From NCBI GenBank assembly GCA_028023455.1, contig JAQFVV010000009.1, positions 12,400,001 to 12,464,000 of the forward strand: a stretch of 64,000 nt of DNA. The letters are read 5' to 3'. Below, one piece after another: positions 27,901 to 40,829 of the stretch (positions are counted from its first letter, which is position 1; every line of letters begins with the position of its first letter). A model generated the notes under the pieces. The model saw only the letters and a list, made by a program, of their open reading frames with translations. It was not told the DNA's origin and ran no database searches. A program made the translations under genes and the position numbers. This DNA is from Epiperipatus broadwayi. Its lineage: Eukaryota; Animalia; Onychophora.

Positions 27901-29649
27901 TTAAGAAAAATCAGAGAGCTGGAGAATAGATACAGGAAATGTAAAGTGTTTTCTTTGGGTGTGTATATGGAGAGAGAGAAATAAGTTTATCAGGAGTGCA
28001 CTGTTATTTTAATAATAATAGGAAAAAAAATAATCTAATTTTTAAAGCTTAATCAAGACTTGGCCAACAATATACTTATAAATGGAATAATTTAAATGAT
28101 TTACTTTGTAAACTGTAAGAAAAATGTATAAAATATTCATTTTTTACTAGAATGTAGATGGGTTGAAAATAATGAATCTGTGAGAAAATAAATATAAAGT
28201 GAGTATGCAGCAATAATAATGATATAGATGTTTTTGAAAATTATTGAATGGCCAAAGATAGAGAATGTGAAAGACAGAATGCTGGTCGCCAACAAGTTTC
28301 TTAAACTTATTAGGTCAATGAATTTTAGTTTTGATAAAGAAAAACCATATTTTTCATCACAATGTATTTGAATTATGACTAATAACCTTGAATATGTATA
28401 AGTACGCATAAATTATATTGTCTTTTAAGTCCTAATTGAAATCATTTCTAGATAGCTTTCATTGGCATGCGCATTCAAAATGAATAGTTCAGGATACTAT
28501 CTTTACTATGATGTTACCCACAATCATCATCTTTATTGAGCAAATCCATGTTGAATTGTGCAATAAAAATGGCAATTAACCTTTAAAAAAAATGTGATGT
28601 ACATTATAATTACCGCTTTCTAAATGTGTCATTGATAATTATTTTTATGAGAATTGGGTGGTTAAATTTTTAATTTTATTTACAATCTATTTTAATAATT
28701 GAATAATTATATCCTGAGTTTTTCATTTTGAATATGAATTTTCATAGACAACTTTCAAATCTTTTTTAAACTTCAAATTCAATTTAAATCAACTGTAACA
28801 TTCATCTGCTCAACTTACTGAATTTTACAACTCTCTAAATGAGTTTTACATATACTACTTTCAATACAATGATAAAAATTCCAAATATTATAATATTGTA
28901 TTGTTTACCTTTTTGATATTAACTAAGTGATAATTTAAGTAGATATGCTTATAAATTCCAAAATTGCTTATGAAAGTCAATATGATTTTTGCTATCTTAA
29001 TCATAAATTTATTTTATTTTCAATATCTTTGAACCTATTTTAATGTTTGGGTGCATAATTGGCCATCTTCCAAAGTATTAAAGAATATGTGATATTTATA
29101 TCAATGTTTCAAACATTTTCACAAAAATTGCTAAGCATGTTTTCAACAAATAATTGTGGAAAGCATGCTTAGCAAATAATAATTTTAAAGTAGAATATCT
29201 TTTTTGAATATATTTGAAACATTTATATAAATATAACAATCAAGAAAAGAGAAAGATATTTGAAGTTAAAGAATTTGTATTAAAGAAAAAAGTCAATTTA
29301 TTCCAGAAAGTCCAATTGTGTGTAAAAAGTGTTTAATTTCTTTCATATTTCATTTATATTTTTAAACTCGATTCCTATATTTCGCAGTATCTATTAATAA
29401 ATTCCACAAAATGGTCTAAATGTAACAACAAAATTAATATAATGAACAATACTTAATTCTAATTGCTAATGATGTTATAGAAAATATAGTTTTTATTTAA
29501 AAAAATTATTGGGTATTAAAAATGATTAGTAGTAATGATTAATATGTGTTGTATAGAAAGTAATATACTCAATGTAATAAAAACTAATGCATATAAAATC
29601 TCAATAAAGAAACATCATTTGTATAGCATTTGATCCAAAAATATATAAA

Positions 29650-32600
29650 AATGAGGAAAAAATTATTGTAATATATTAGGTTTATAGTACTATATGAATG
29701 GTTTTTTCTCGGATGAAGTCTCTATATATGAACAATTTACCCAGACAATTAATTTTAACATTCCCACTTTCTGAAACTATTATATATATATATATATATC
29801 CCTTATTACCTTCAATTTGCATTCACCAAATCATTCTCCTAGTACTAACATTTTCTTTTCTATACCTTCTTAATAAACTGCTTAACTAGTTCAAGAGTTC
29901 TGATCTCATGTTCTCCATTTTTGTCATAAAGACTTAAACAAGAAAAATCTCTTATCTTTTTTGCTTTTTTCACTTTTATATGCACCCTATTCTCCATAAA
30001 ATTTTTCAAAATAGTTTTCAACATCATATATTCCAAAAAAAAATTATCAACATTCACATTTATCTTCACATAAACTGCAATCGTTTTTGCTAGCATAGTC
30101 ATAAATCTTAATGGTATTTTTTGTATTATTTATTCTGATATAACTCAAAATTATTTGTTTATTAATTTTTTATAACTTTTTTCTAATCAACTTATCTATT
30201 TAATTTTGAATTTATAATATATTCTCTACACATTTGTATATTATTCACACAAATATAAAGAAATAAGTTTTTAATATTTTGTATTTAACCCTTTTCTAGC
30301 ACACTGTTGTTTTGATTTCAGTATAATTCAATTAAATACTATTTTTTCTGATCTATTTTCATTCATAAATTATAATCTTACAAATAATTTTAATTCATTT
30401 TTAATTTCCTTCTTTTAAAAAAAGCCCATCACATTAAATAGCCCCATTTTCCATTAACAATTCACCAACTACTACATATTTATCTATTTCTTTTTGAATT
30501 TTATCTAAAAATTTCTGCATCTCCTGGCCAATGCAAAGTGTATAATTTCCAAATGTTTGAAGCTGGTACTATTATCTTTTTCTTCCATATTGTTCTACAT
30601 AATTCATATTTTTTAGATGATAAACATGCCAGATATTCAATCTCATTCCATTTTTTTGCTATTTGTTTTAACTAATTTCCACCTGTTCATATGATTCCTT
30701 TTCTTATTTAAGAATATCTAAATATTTCTCTTCAAGACAAATCTCCTGTATTTTCCATTTCTTCAGTCTGACTTTTCTCATTAACTATAATATCATATAA
30801 TTTTTCTCATTCAATTTAATTTTCATTTTTTTTAATCTTTATATCATTTACACTATTTGATAAAAATGCTATATCTGCAACAACAAAAAAAGCAGCAAAG
30901 GTACTATATTGTGAATTCTCTGTTAGAATTTTTATTTTCATTTCAACTTCAATTCTAAAAAAAATATATAAATAATAAAAATATAGCAACAGACATACCT
31001 ATTTTATTCTGATTTCACATTTAATTTTTATTGATTTTACATTTCTTTATATTTCTTATAAGACTCTTCAATAATTAAATTTAAAAAAGGAACTTTAAAT
31101 AAAATTTTTTTTGAATCTCTCACCCTCCAGAAAAATGTTATAATCATCTATCCAAATCCTAAGCCTATCTACTAAAACATAGTTAATATTTTATATACTA
31201 TGGAAGTTATTATTAGTCTGTAGCTAATTAACAATCTAAAATCTTTTTTTTTCCTTTATATAATAAACTAATTTTCATATCTCATCATTCATCTATGTTT
31301 ATATTATTTACAATAATGATCTTTCTCTTAAATCAACTTGAATACTTTCCCATACTTACTAACATTTTAGTTGTTATACCACACTATTCTTTTCTTTACT
31401 TTTTTAATATACTTATTGATCTATTCTGAATCTATTATTATACTAAATTAACCTCTAATGATTTGCATTCATTTACTAACTTCCCTTCACCCTGTGTTTT
31501 TATTACAAACTCATTAATTTGTCCCTATTTTTATATGTTCTTCCCTCTGCATCTGCAACATAATTGCCTTTAATTTTTATTCTTATATATATGCCAAAAA
31601 ATGTATAATTATTTTGATTTTTGCACTGAGTTTTCTCAGTTTACTCTTTAAAAAGTGTATCCTATTTCTGTTTTTATTCTAGTTACAATGTTTTTTTTTA
31701 AATAACTATTCCATCTAATATATATATCTCCTATGTTATTTGTTTTTTAAAGCCTCTCTATATTTTGTACATGCTCTTTTTTCCTTTACACTTTCTGAAA
31801 TATGCTTATCCTATTCTTTTTGTTAGTTCTAAATAAATACTCATTTGTGACTTACTTTGCCCTAGGATCAATCTACTCTTTGAAAGGTTTAAATTCACTA
31901 TCTTTTTCTTTTTTTCAATATATTACTAAACCTGCTCAATTTAGACTCTATCCTTATTTTGCATCCATCCTTATCAAACTATTTGCAAAGTTCTCCATCT
32001 AGCCTTTAATATGCCTCTGATTTTTTTTTATCTTTCAACTCATAATCAACAGTGCAGTTCAAATTCCTGCATCAGTTGTGTAAACATTTTATTCAGTTTT
32101 CTAATTTTTATTCTATTACTCTCACACTTCCTTTATAAGGATGCATGATTCACATTCTCCATCAGTTTTATCATTTACAATCAATATTTTACAATTATTA
32201 TTTCTAAATTAATTTATATCACTGTATAAACATTTTCAAATACTCTCTTTACTTCTTACTCATTTCCTATAGCTCTATATACTATTCTACATATCTGTTT
32301 CACTCTAATTTTAATATCATTCACATGTATTTCTTGCAATTTTTTTCTGAAATATCCTTTTGAATAGTAATCACTATAAACTCTTTCTTATCATTGCCAC
32401 ATCTCCTTACATCCTTTCAAGTACAGAACTTTTTCATTTCTCAAACAGATTTGCTACTGATGACTTTTTTTCTAATAAAACTGTCTTCACCTCTCTCCAT
32501 TTATCAATATATCTACTTTTTTACATGTTTGAGGAAATATTTTTTTACACTTATGCTTTGATCATTCTTTTAATCTTTTTTTTTATAATATTTCCAGATA

Positions 32601-32680
32601 TTCGTATGATTTTTTTTCTTACATCATACATTATTCTGTCCTCATTTACATTTCCTGTATCTTATTACTTTTCTTAAATA
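29650..32680 (-). mobile_element. Decayed LINE (RTEX/RTE-like) on the - strand
   Basis: Pyrimidine-rich plus strand like the other LINE copies. The minus strand shows 'EIRTLEL' (LF..R.G.L.L-like, ~29900) and a W...I.VP-like segment (~30570). Very degenerate. Confidence 0.4.
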
Positions 32681-34038
32681 TAAACATATTTTTCTTTTCT
32701 ATTTTTCCTTTAACATTGTTATCCTTATATATATATAAAACCAAATCATTACGCTCTTCATTCTATGATTTTGTAAGCTATCAAACCAATAAAAAAGATA
32801 TCAGACTACATATTTACATTTCGTAAGTAATCTTCATTTTGCAAGTGAGCTGTGGGTTTAAACATCTTACTTCAACTTTTCTTATAAATGCTGTGACTGC
32901 ATATTGGTAAAGTTTGAATATGTTTGAAATCAAATATATAAATAATTTTAAATCTTTTAATGTACCTTACATTGTAAAACCATCATAATGAAAGGGGACA
33001 ATTACTATCCATATTAAAAGATTCAAATGGAGTATTTCTACACTTAGTATTTAAGGAATATACATGCAAAGTTAAGTATTATGTTGCAAGAAAATATATA
33101 ACCAATCAAATCATTTCATGGTTCTGCATTTCATATTTCTATAACCTATTAAACCAGTGAGAAAAATATCAGATTCATTCCATTAGAAACAATAGCCCAA
33201 CCTTTTTTTATAAAAACCATAATTAGTTAACAATTGATTTCAAAGTTGAAACACATATTTGCATTCAAATATTCATATTTATGGTATAAATCTTTTAACA
33301 TTATAATTTGCATTAAACACTTTTAATACCATATATATATATGTTTATTTGATTGTAAATATATTTGTATTTTGAAACTAGTAACTATATGATGTACTGT
33401 CATGGTATTTATAAAAAAGATTGGATTATCATTTCTAATAGGAGGATCCTGATGTTTAGATCCTTTGCTTACCTGTTGAATGGAGGTTGTTCATAAAATA
33501 TATATGATTAGTGAGAGAAATTAATCTGATATTTTTTTCACTAGTTTGATAGGGTATATGAGTATGGGATGCAGTTTAAGATTTGATTGATTATTTGTTT
33601 GCTTTCAGCATAATGCCTAACTTATATTTAAATCTTTTTTTAGTTTTACTGATAATATAATATATTCTAAATTAATTTCCTACTACAATATTTTAATCTA
33701 CCCTTTTTAAGAAATGTAATACTTTTTTTAAAAAAATAAATAAATCTCTGTATCTGATAAATGTATCCTACTCAAGTAAAAAAAACAACCTCATACCACT
33801 ATTATCACAGACATTTCAATCTCAAATCCACAAATCTTGTTTAAATTTATCTTATTATCAAATGTTGGTAGAAAACCAATCACTTATCAGTCATATTCTA
33901 CAAGCACATAGTCATATCATTTAACTATCTTAATGTTTTCTATTACTCTTTATATAACATTGATTGTCTCTATCAATACTATGGCATTATAATTCTTTTT
34001 TTTTTCAACATGTAATAACAATATATAAAATCCTATTA

Positions 34039-35200
34039 CACCTGGGTCTCATTTTACGCGATAGATAGGTTCCTAAGAAAACACGCACAAAAATAGATGT
34101 AACTTACCTTTAAAAAGGAGGGATACGGACTGTGATTTTTCAAAACTCGCGTAAAAGCAAAGCACCAATGTAAAATTTACTTTAAAATTTTCGCAAAAAA
34201 AAAATAAGGAAATAAAATATGACTAATAAAAAATTTAAAATTTGAAAAAAATTGATACAAGACAAACTTTTTTTAACTATAATATTTAATTTTATTCAAA
34301 ATATATTTTTATGCATAATTTACAGTACAGTAATTTACATTTTTTTATACACGTTTTAATTATTATCGCTATTTGTTGATAAACAGTTTCGTTTGCAAAC
34401 TGGTAAAAAATAAAGATTCTTCACAAGAGGAAATACAACTAGTGCCAAGTTCACTCTCATATTGTGTTAATGGTTTTCTTTTGACAACGTAATTAGTAAT
34501 TAATCTTTGAGATGATGATTTTATTAATTGTTTATGAACTTAGATTTATGATAATAAAAAGACATTTATTCACCACTGCTGGGAAAAATTTAATTAAAAC
34601 TAATAACTAAAAATTAAATTCTTATTTTTGTCTTTAATTTTTTAATTTTCAATTCCGTTTAAAAATCAAATTTCGTTTTACATCACATTAATTTCAAGTC
34701 GCCATAAGTAATTTTTAAATTGTTAATTACAATTAAAAATTGGATTTTAATTTTTAATTGTCAAATTTAATTGTGCCCACTGCTATTACTCACTTTTAAA
34801 AATAAACTTGCGGACACTAAATGATTAATAATTGATTACGTTCTTTTTTAAAAAGCAAAAACAGAATGTGATTTATAATGCAAAATTAACACGCACAATG
34901 TTTGAACAAATTTACATTATAATCTTGTAAAATTTAATGTGTGTATACATAAAATGTGGAAATCATGATTTTAATTTCATTATTACATAAAATCTTACTA
35001 TTATAAAGCACTGAAAATATTGAAATTACTAAGATGAAAGTCGAATTCCAATAATGTGCTATTACTTTCAATATAACGTAAGTGCGCAAAATTTATTATT
35101 TAAAGTAATAGCGCATTATCGGAGTTCGACTTCCGGTAAAACATGAGTCGCGTAACTTCAAATCATGTTAAATAAGTCTGCGTAAAAAGAGACCCAGGTG
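34039..35200. mobile_element. pogo/Tigger-like Tc1/mariner MITE, copy 1 (1162 bp)
   Basis: TA|CACCTGGGTCTC.TTTTACGCG ... CGTAAAAAGAGACCCAGGTG|TA, so TIRs with a TA TSD. Homologous over its full length to 37860-38932. Confidence 0.85.
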
Positions 35201-35940
35201 TATTTAGTAAAAATAGTATTCCATTCTTCTCTTTATCTTTTTGCTCTATTCTTATATTTTCTAATCTTGAATCACCAAGTAATAAATTTTTGTTGCTTTT
35301 ACTTTCTTCATACTCCTTCCTCTTTATGTCTCATTTCTATCACATTCTAAATCCATTTTCCTAGTGAGTAAATCTCAAATTCATTATTTGTATAATGACT
35401 TTTTTCCACCAGCATTAACATCAGATGTAATATAAAAAACAGATCCATCAAGTTACTTATCTTCACCATATTAGTATCAGACAAAGAAACTTTGATCTCA
35501 TGATGTTGCAGCTTATAAATGCCGAATAGTCACCTGATTCAACAAACCCCATGGAACCTAAAATGTTAGCTTACATATATGTCAAAACATATGCCTCTTA
35601 AAATAATTTTTTAGCTTCCAGTGAGTTTTAGTAATCCCTTTATAACAAGTCTTGCATATATCACAGGCAAACAGTCAGTTCACTATTTTGACAGGCAGCA
35701 TTTGTTTGTAAATGAAACATAGGCAAAATAAGGAAGTGAAGCATTAGGGGGGGGGGGTGATTTATAAAAAATATTATAAATTCAGGAAACTTGTAAAGGG
35801 GATAGGGTGTAAAATACGTAATATCAAAAAGAAGAATGGATGGGATGTAAGAAATAAACAAAGGGCAGCTGATTTAGATATAAATGTAGATGTATAGAGA
35901 GAATGGGTCTGTAAAATTAATGATAAAAAAGTTAATTACA

Positions 35941-36064
35941 AATATAATAGAGAAGAAACAGTCAAAAGAATTTATAAAAGGGTAATAAGAAAATAAATTA
36001 TTAATATAATAGAGAAGAAACAGTCAAAAGAATTTATAAAAGGGTAATAAGAAAATAAATTATT
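35941..36064. repeat. Exact 2 x 62-bp tandem duplication
   Basis: aatataatagagaagaaacagtcaaaagaatttataaaagggtaataagaaaataaattatt is repeated at 35941 and 36003. Confidence 0.9.
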
Positions 36065-37859
36065 GAAATTGGATATTTGAATATGCAAGGTAGTAGGAGA
36101 CCAGACAAGTGACTGGAATTAAACAAAGCAGTTAAAATGAAGAGTTTGATGTATTAGCAGTAGTGGAAACATCTAAGAGAAGAAGAACCTACACTGGAAG
36201 ACTTGATATGGAAGGATATAAATAGAAAAGAAAAAAGGGGTGTGGTGATATAGAAATTATGTCAAAAAATATTTAAATACAGTTAAGTATCAAGAACATC
36301 TGTGGTGTGAGATAAGGTTATAAAGACTAGAATAGATAGTGGTTATAGTGTATATGGCCACTGGAGATAATTAAACTATAATAGAGTGGAGCTGTAGCAT
36401 ATATGAATGCCTAGTTAAGGATATACAGAGTTTCAAAAAAAAAAAAGGGGGGGGGATAATGGTTATAGGGTATGTGAATGGGCATATTGAAGAAATTGGT
36501 GATGTGGATAACAAGAATGGACAGTTTTTGAAAAAAAAAATTGTCAGAATAAATTTAAACATTGGAAATTTATCAAATATTTATGAGAGACAATGGTCTA
36601 AAAATAATATATTTCACACAGTAGATTATGTATTAGTAAGAAAGAGGGAATGAATAAAGTATGGAAAATTAAAGGGTTTGATAATGAGAGAATATGTAAT
36701 AGTGATCATAATCACTATAATAGAAATGGTTAGTGAAAGATGTGGATGGAGAATAAATGATAAGAATAAGTTAGAAGAATATAAAATAAAAATAGATGAA
36801 ATCATGGAAGAGTTTGTTGGAGATGAATATAACGACTGGTCAGTGATGTAGAAAAAGTGACAAATAGGGTTTTAGGTGAGAATAGTCAGAACAATAAAAG
36901 TAAAAGAAAAGTGAGAACTAATAAAAGTGTAAAAGAGAGGAGGAAAGCATGCAGAGAATATAAATGTGCTATTAACAACAAAGAAAATGAAAAAGATGTT
37001 ATTAAATGGGGAAAATATTTCTAAAAAAAGAAGTTGGCTAAAATAGATAATTATAGAGAGAGAATGAAATTTATTAATAAATTGTTGGAGGATATTAATA
37101 AAAGTGGAAGAGATGGGAGTAAAAAAATTTGGAAATATATTAAAAGAAGGAATGTAGGGGAGAGAGAAATAGTATTACTAGATGGTGAGGAAGTAGAGTA
37201 TAGCTCTAAAGAAGAATTAAAGACAATCTTAAATAAGTATGTAATGGATATCGAAAAGATGTTAGATGTGAATGACAGAGTGATAACAAACATAAAAGCA
37301 TATAGTAATGGAAATATTAGGTTTACAAAAAATGAATTGAATGAGGCAGGGCAGAAGTTGAAAAGTGGAAAGACACGATGTTTAGATGGATAGGCAGTAG
37401 AGATAATGATGAATTTAGGAAATATGACAAAATTAAATCTATTATCATTTTTTAATAAGATGGCACAAAAAAGAGAATTTCCAGATAGCTGGAATAATAC
37501 AAGTATAAATCTACTATTTAAAGGAAAGGCATAGAAAGTTAAACAATTATAAACCGATAGCGATACCAACAGTGTTATATAAAGTTTTTGCATATGTGGT
37601 AATGGGTTGCAAAATGGATGAAAGAAAATAGTATAGTGGGAGAAATGCAAAGAGATTTCAATTGGATAGGCATATAGATAGTTTATTTGTAGTCACACAA
37701 CTTATAGATATGAGTAGGAATACAGGTAGACAGTTATATATGATCTTTATAGATATAGAGAAGACATATGATAAGAGTAAATAGATTATGGGTAAGTTTA
37801 GTAAATTTGGGAATGAATGGAGTTTTAGTGGATATTATAAAGATGTATGAAAATAATTA

Positions 37860-38932
37860 CACCTGGATCTCGTTTTACTCGATAGATAGGTTCCTCAGAA
37901 AACACGTGCAAATGAAATCGCGCAAAAATAGACGTAACTTACATTGAAAAGGGGGGGGATGCAGTCTGTGATTTTTCAAAATTCGCATAAAAGCAAAGCA
38001 CCAACGTAAAATTACTTTAAAATTCGCAAAAAAAAAAAAATAAGGAAATAAAATATGACTAATAAAAAATTTCAAATTTGAAAAAAATTGATACAAGACG
38101 AACTTTTTTTAACTATAATATTTAATTTTATTCAAAATAATATATTTTTATGCATAATTTACAGTACAGTAATTTACATTTTTTTATACACATTTTAATT
38201 ATTATAGCTATTTGCCGAAAAACATGTTTGTTTGCAAACAACTAGCGCCAACTTCACATTCATGTTGTGTCATTGGTTTTCTGGTGACAACGTAATTAGT
38301 AATTAATCTTTGAGAAGATGATTTTATTAATTGTTTATGAAACTAACAACTAAAAATTAAATTCTTTTTTTTTGTCTTTAATTTTCAATTCCGTTTAAAA
38401 ATCAAATTTCCATCACATTAATTTCAAGTCATCATAAGTAATTTTTAAATTGTTAATTACAATTAAAAATCAGATTTTAATTTTTAATTGTCAAATTTAA
38501 TTGTGCCCACTGCTATTACTGACCTTTTAAAAATAAACTTGTGGACACTAAATGATTAATAATTGATTACGTTCTTTTTTAAAAAGCAAAAACAGAATGT
38601 GATTTAAAATGCAAAATTAACACGCACAATGTTTGAACAAATTTACATTATAATCTTGGAAAATTTAATGTGTGTATACATAAAATGTGGAAATCATGAT
38701 TTTAATTTCATTATTGCATAAAATCTTACTATTATAAAGCACTGAAAATATTGAAATTACTAAGATGAAAGTCGAATTCCAATACTGTGCTATTACTTTC
38801 AATATAATGTAAGTGCACGAAATTTATTATTTAAAGTAATAGCGCATTATCGGAGTTCGACTTCCGGTGAAACAGGAATCGCATAACTTCAAAATCGTGT
38901 TAAATAAGTCCGCATAAAAAGAGACCCAGGTG
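37860..38932. mobile_element. pogo/Tigger-like MITE, copy 2 (1073 bp), inserted into an RTEX LINE
   Basis: TA|CACCTGGATCTCGTTTTACTCG ... GCATAAAAAGAGACCCAGGTG|TA. The paralogous LINE copy at ~52990 shows the empty site with a single TA. Confidence 0.88.
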
Positions 38933-39464
38933 TACTATACATATCAATTAGGAAATATAGAATCAGTAAAGTTAAAGTGGGGTGGAACTAAGGCAAAAAT
39001 GCCCTATGTCATCTATTTTGTTTTCATTATATTTGAGTGAAATGGAGAGAGTGATAGAAAGACTAGGAAGAGGGATATACCATTAATAGATGGCAAGGGA
39101 GTATATATATTATTGGGTCTTTATTTGCTGATATGTTCTTGTGCACAGAAAGTAGGGAAGTTATGCTGAAGACGTGCAAGAGTGGGTAAAGAGATGGGGA
39201 TTAAATTTAGTGAAGTAAAATTAAAAATAATGATAAAAGAGAAGAGGAAGATTTTTATTGGGAGATATAAATTTAAATGTGGTGAATGGATATAACTATT
39301 TGGGAATCAACTTAATCAGAGAAATTGCTTGGATGAATGGGGGAAAAATTGATAAATGAAGCAAAGAAAAGAAATTAACAGTTATCATATAATAAATATG
39401 ATGTAACTAGAATTGCATGGGGGCGGAGGTCAGTAGTAGTGAGAAAAAGTATAAAGAGAAGTAG

Positions 39465-39860
39465 GAAGACATGCATTCGTTGCAGATGTGTGGATGGTAA
39501 ATGAGACCATTCAAGAAGAAATGGGTAGAAAGACATGCATTTGTTCAGATGTGTGGGTGGCAAAGGAGACCATTCAAGGAGAAATGGGATGGTCAATTTT
39601 TTATATGAGATACAAAAACCAAAATGATCAGTAGATTGCAATTTATCAATAATAAGAGAATAGCCAAAATAGTATCTAATTGGGTTATGAGTAAAGGACA
39701 GCCAATAAGACAGGAGACCATTCAAGGAGAAATGGGATGGTCAATTTTTTATATGAGAAATACAAAAAGCAAATATGATCAATAGATTGCAATTTATCGA
39801 TAATAAGAGAATAGCCAAAATAGTATTTAATTGGGTAATGAGTAAAGGACAGGCAATAAA
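39465..39860. repeat. Diverged internal tandem duplications (~65 bp x2 and ~148 bp x2) within RTEX copy A
   Basis: gacatgcatt..gagaccattcaag appears twice, and ggagaccattcaaggagaaatgggatggtc...gagtaaaggacag appears at ~39566 and ~39713. Confidence 0.75.
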
Positions 39861-40829
39861 ATGGATGAGAAAGATAGTGCAGTATGCAGATTTGGATAGA
39901 CTTTATGTCAGTATATTTATACATAAGGTATGAGAATTGTTTAGTGCCGTAGTGGCAAGGAATGGGATAGGAGAATAGATGCATTAATGAAAATAGGGAG
40001 TTGGAGAATAAAAAAAGATTAAATATATATAGAAGTAAACAGAATATTGGGTGTGATTTAATTTATCATAATAACAAAAACTAGTTTACTATTTAGAACT
40101 CGAACGGGATCATTAGCAAGAAGGGAATAAACACATAAATGGAGAAATGTTGGTAACTTAGTCTGCAAGTTATGTAAGGAAGGCATAGAAAATATTAGGC
40201 ATCTGTTAATTGAATGTAAATGCTTGCAAGCAGAAAAGGTACAAATAATGAAGTTGTGGGAGAATAAATATAAAGAGATTAAACAGAAAGTGGGTTTTTT
40301 TGATTTTTATTCTGGGTTTGGAAAATGATAAGGGGGATTTAGATATAAATGCCATAGAGTGGACAAATATAATGTGAGAATAGGATTGAGCAGGATAGAG
40401 AAGAATATGGGGAAAACAGGGTGGGGAATGGAAAGGGAAGGTAAGATAGCTAACAAGTTTCTCTGGATATAATGTCTGAGAGATTCCCGACTCCAAGAAA
40501 GGAGAAGCCATAGTGCATTGCATCATCAAAATTAATAGAATGTACATTATTATAAATAGATTCAAAATACCATTTTTTAAAGGAGAGCCAGGCCAAGATC
40601 TTGGGCCTGAAGCTAAATTTTTGTGGGGAGGAAAATTTTTCTTTATTTTGAATGAAAATTTGTTTTTTTTTTTTTTTTTAAAAAAAAAAGCATTCCAGAA
40701 ATAAAATATGATGAAAGAGAATTTGTTTTTGTTTTTTTTTAAAAAAAAAAAAAAGCATTCAAGAAAATAAAATACAATTTCTTGCATTATATGTATTTTA
40801 TTTTGTTTACTCACATATTGATATGATAA

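Larger units (their letters stand above)
35720..40530 (+). mobile_element. RTEX-like LINE copy A (APE-RT-CCHC), 5'-truncated, interrupted by a MITE
   Basis: APE motifs GYVNGHI..NG....VDYVL..SDH (36460-36710), IDIEKTYD (~37750), LFAD (~39125), and C-terminal LFRTRTGSL..VCKLCKEGIENIRHLLIEC (40090-40220). Many stops and frameshifts. Confidence 0.8.

Noticed and set aside
10980-32830. Micro-exon candidates (TTACAG at ~10980, 18 nt at ~18569, 18/45 nt ending ~32823)
   Set aside because: GTRAGT/GTGAAT donors are expected many times by chance in 64 kb of this composition, and the acceptors are weak or unsupported.
33465-33560. Minus-strand CAG|gtaagc donor
   Set aside because: The upstream sequence reads KNIRLISLTNH, a decayed LINE NYRPISL motif, not a host exon.
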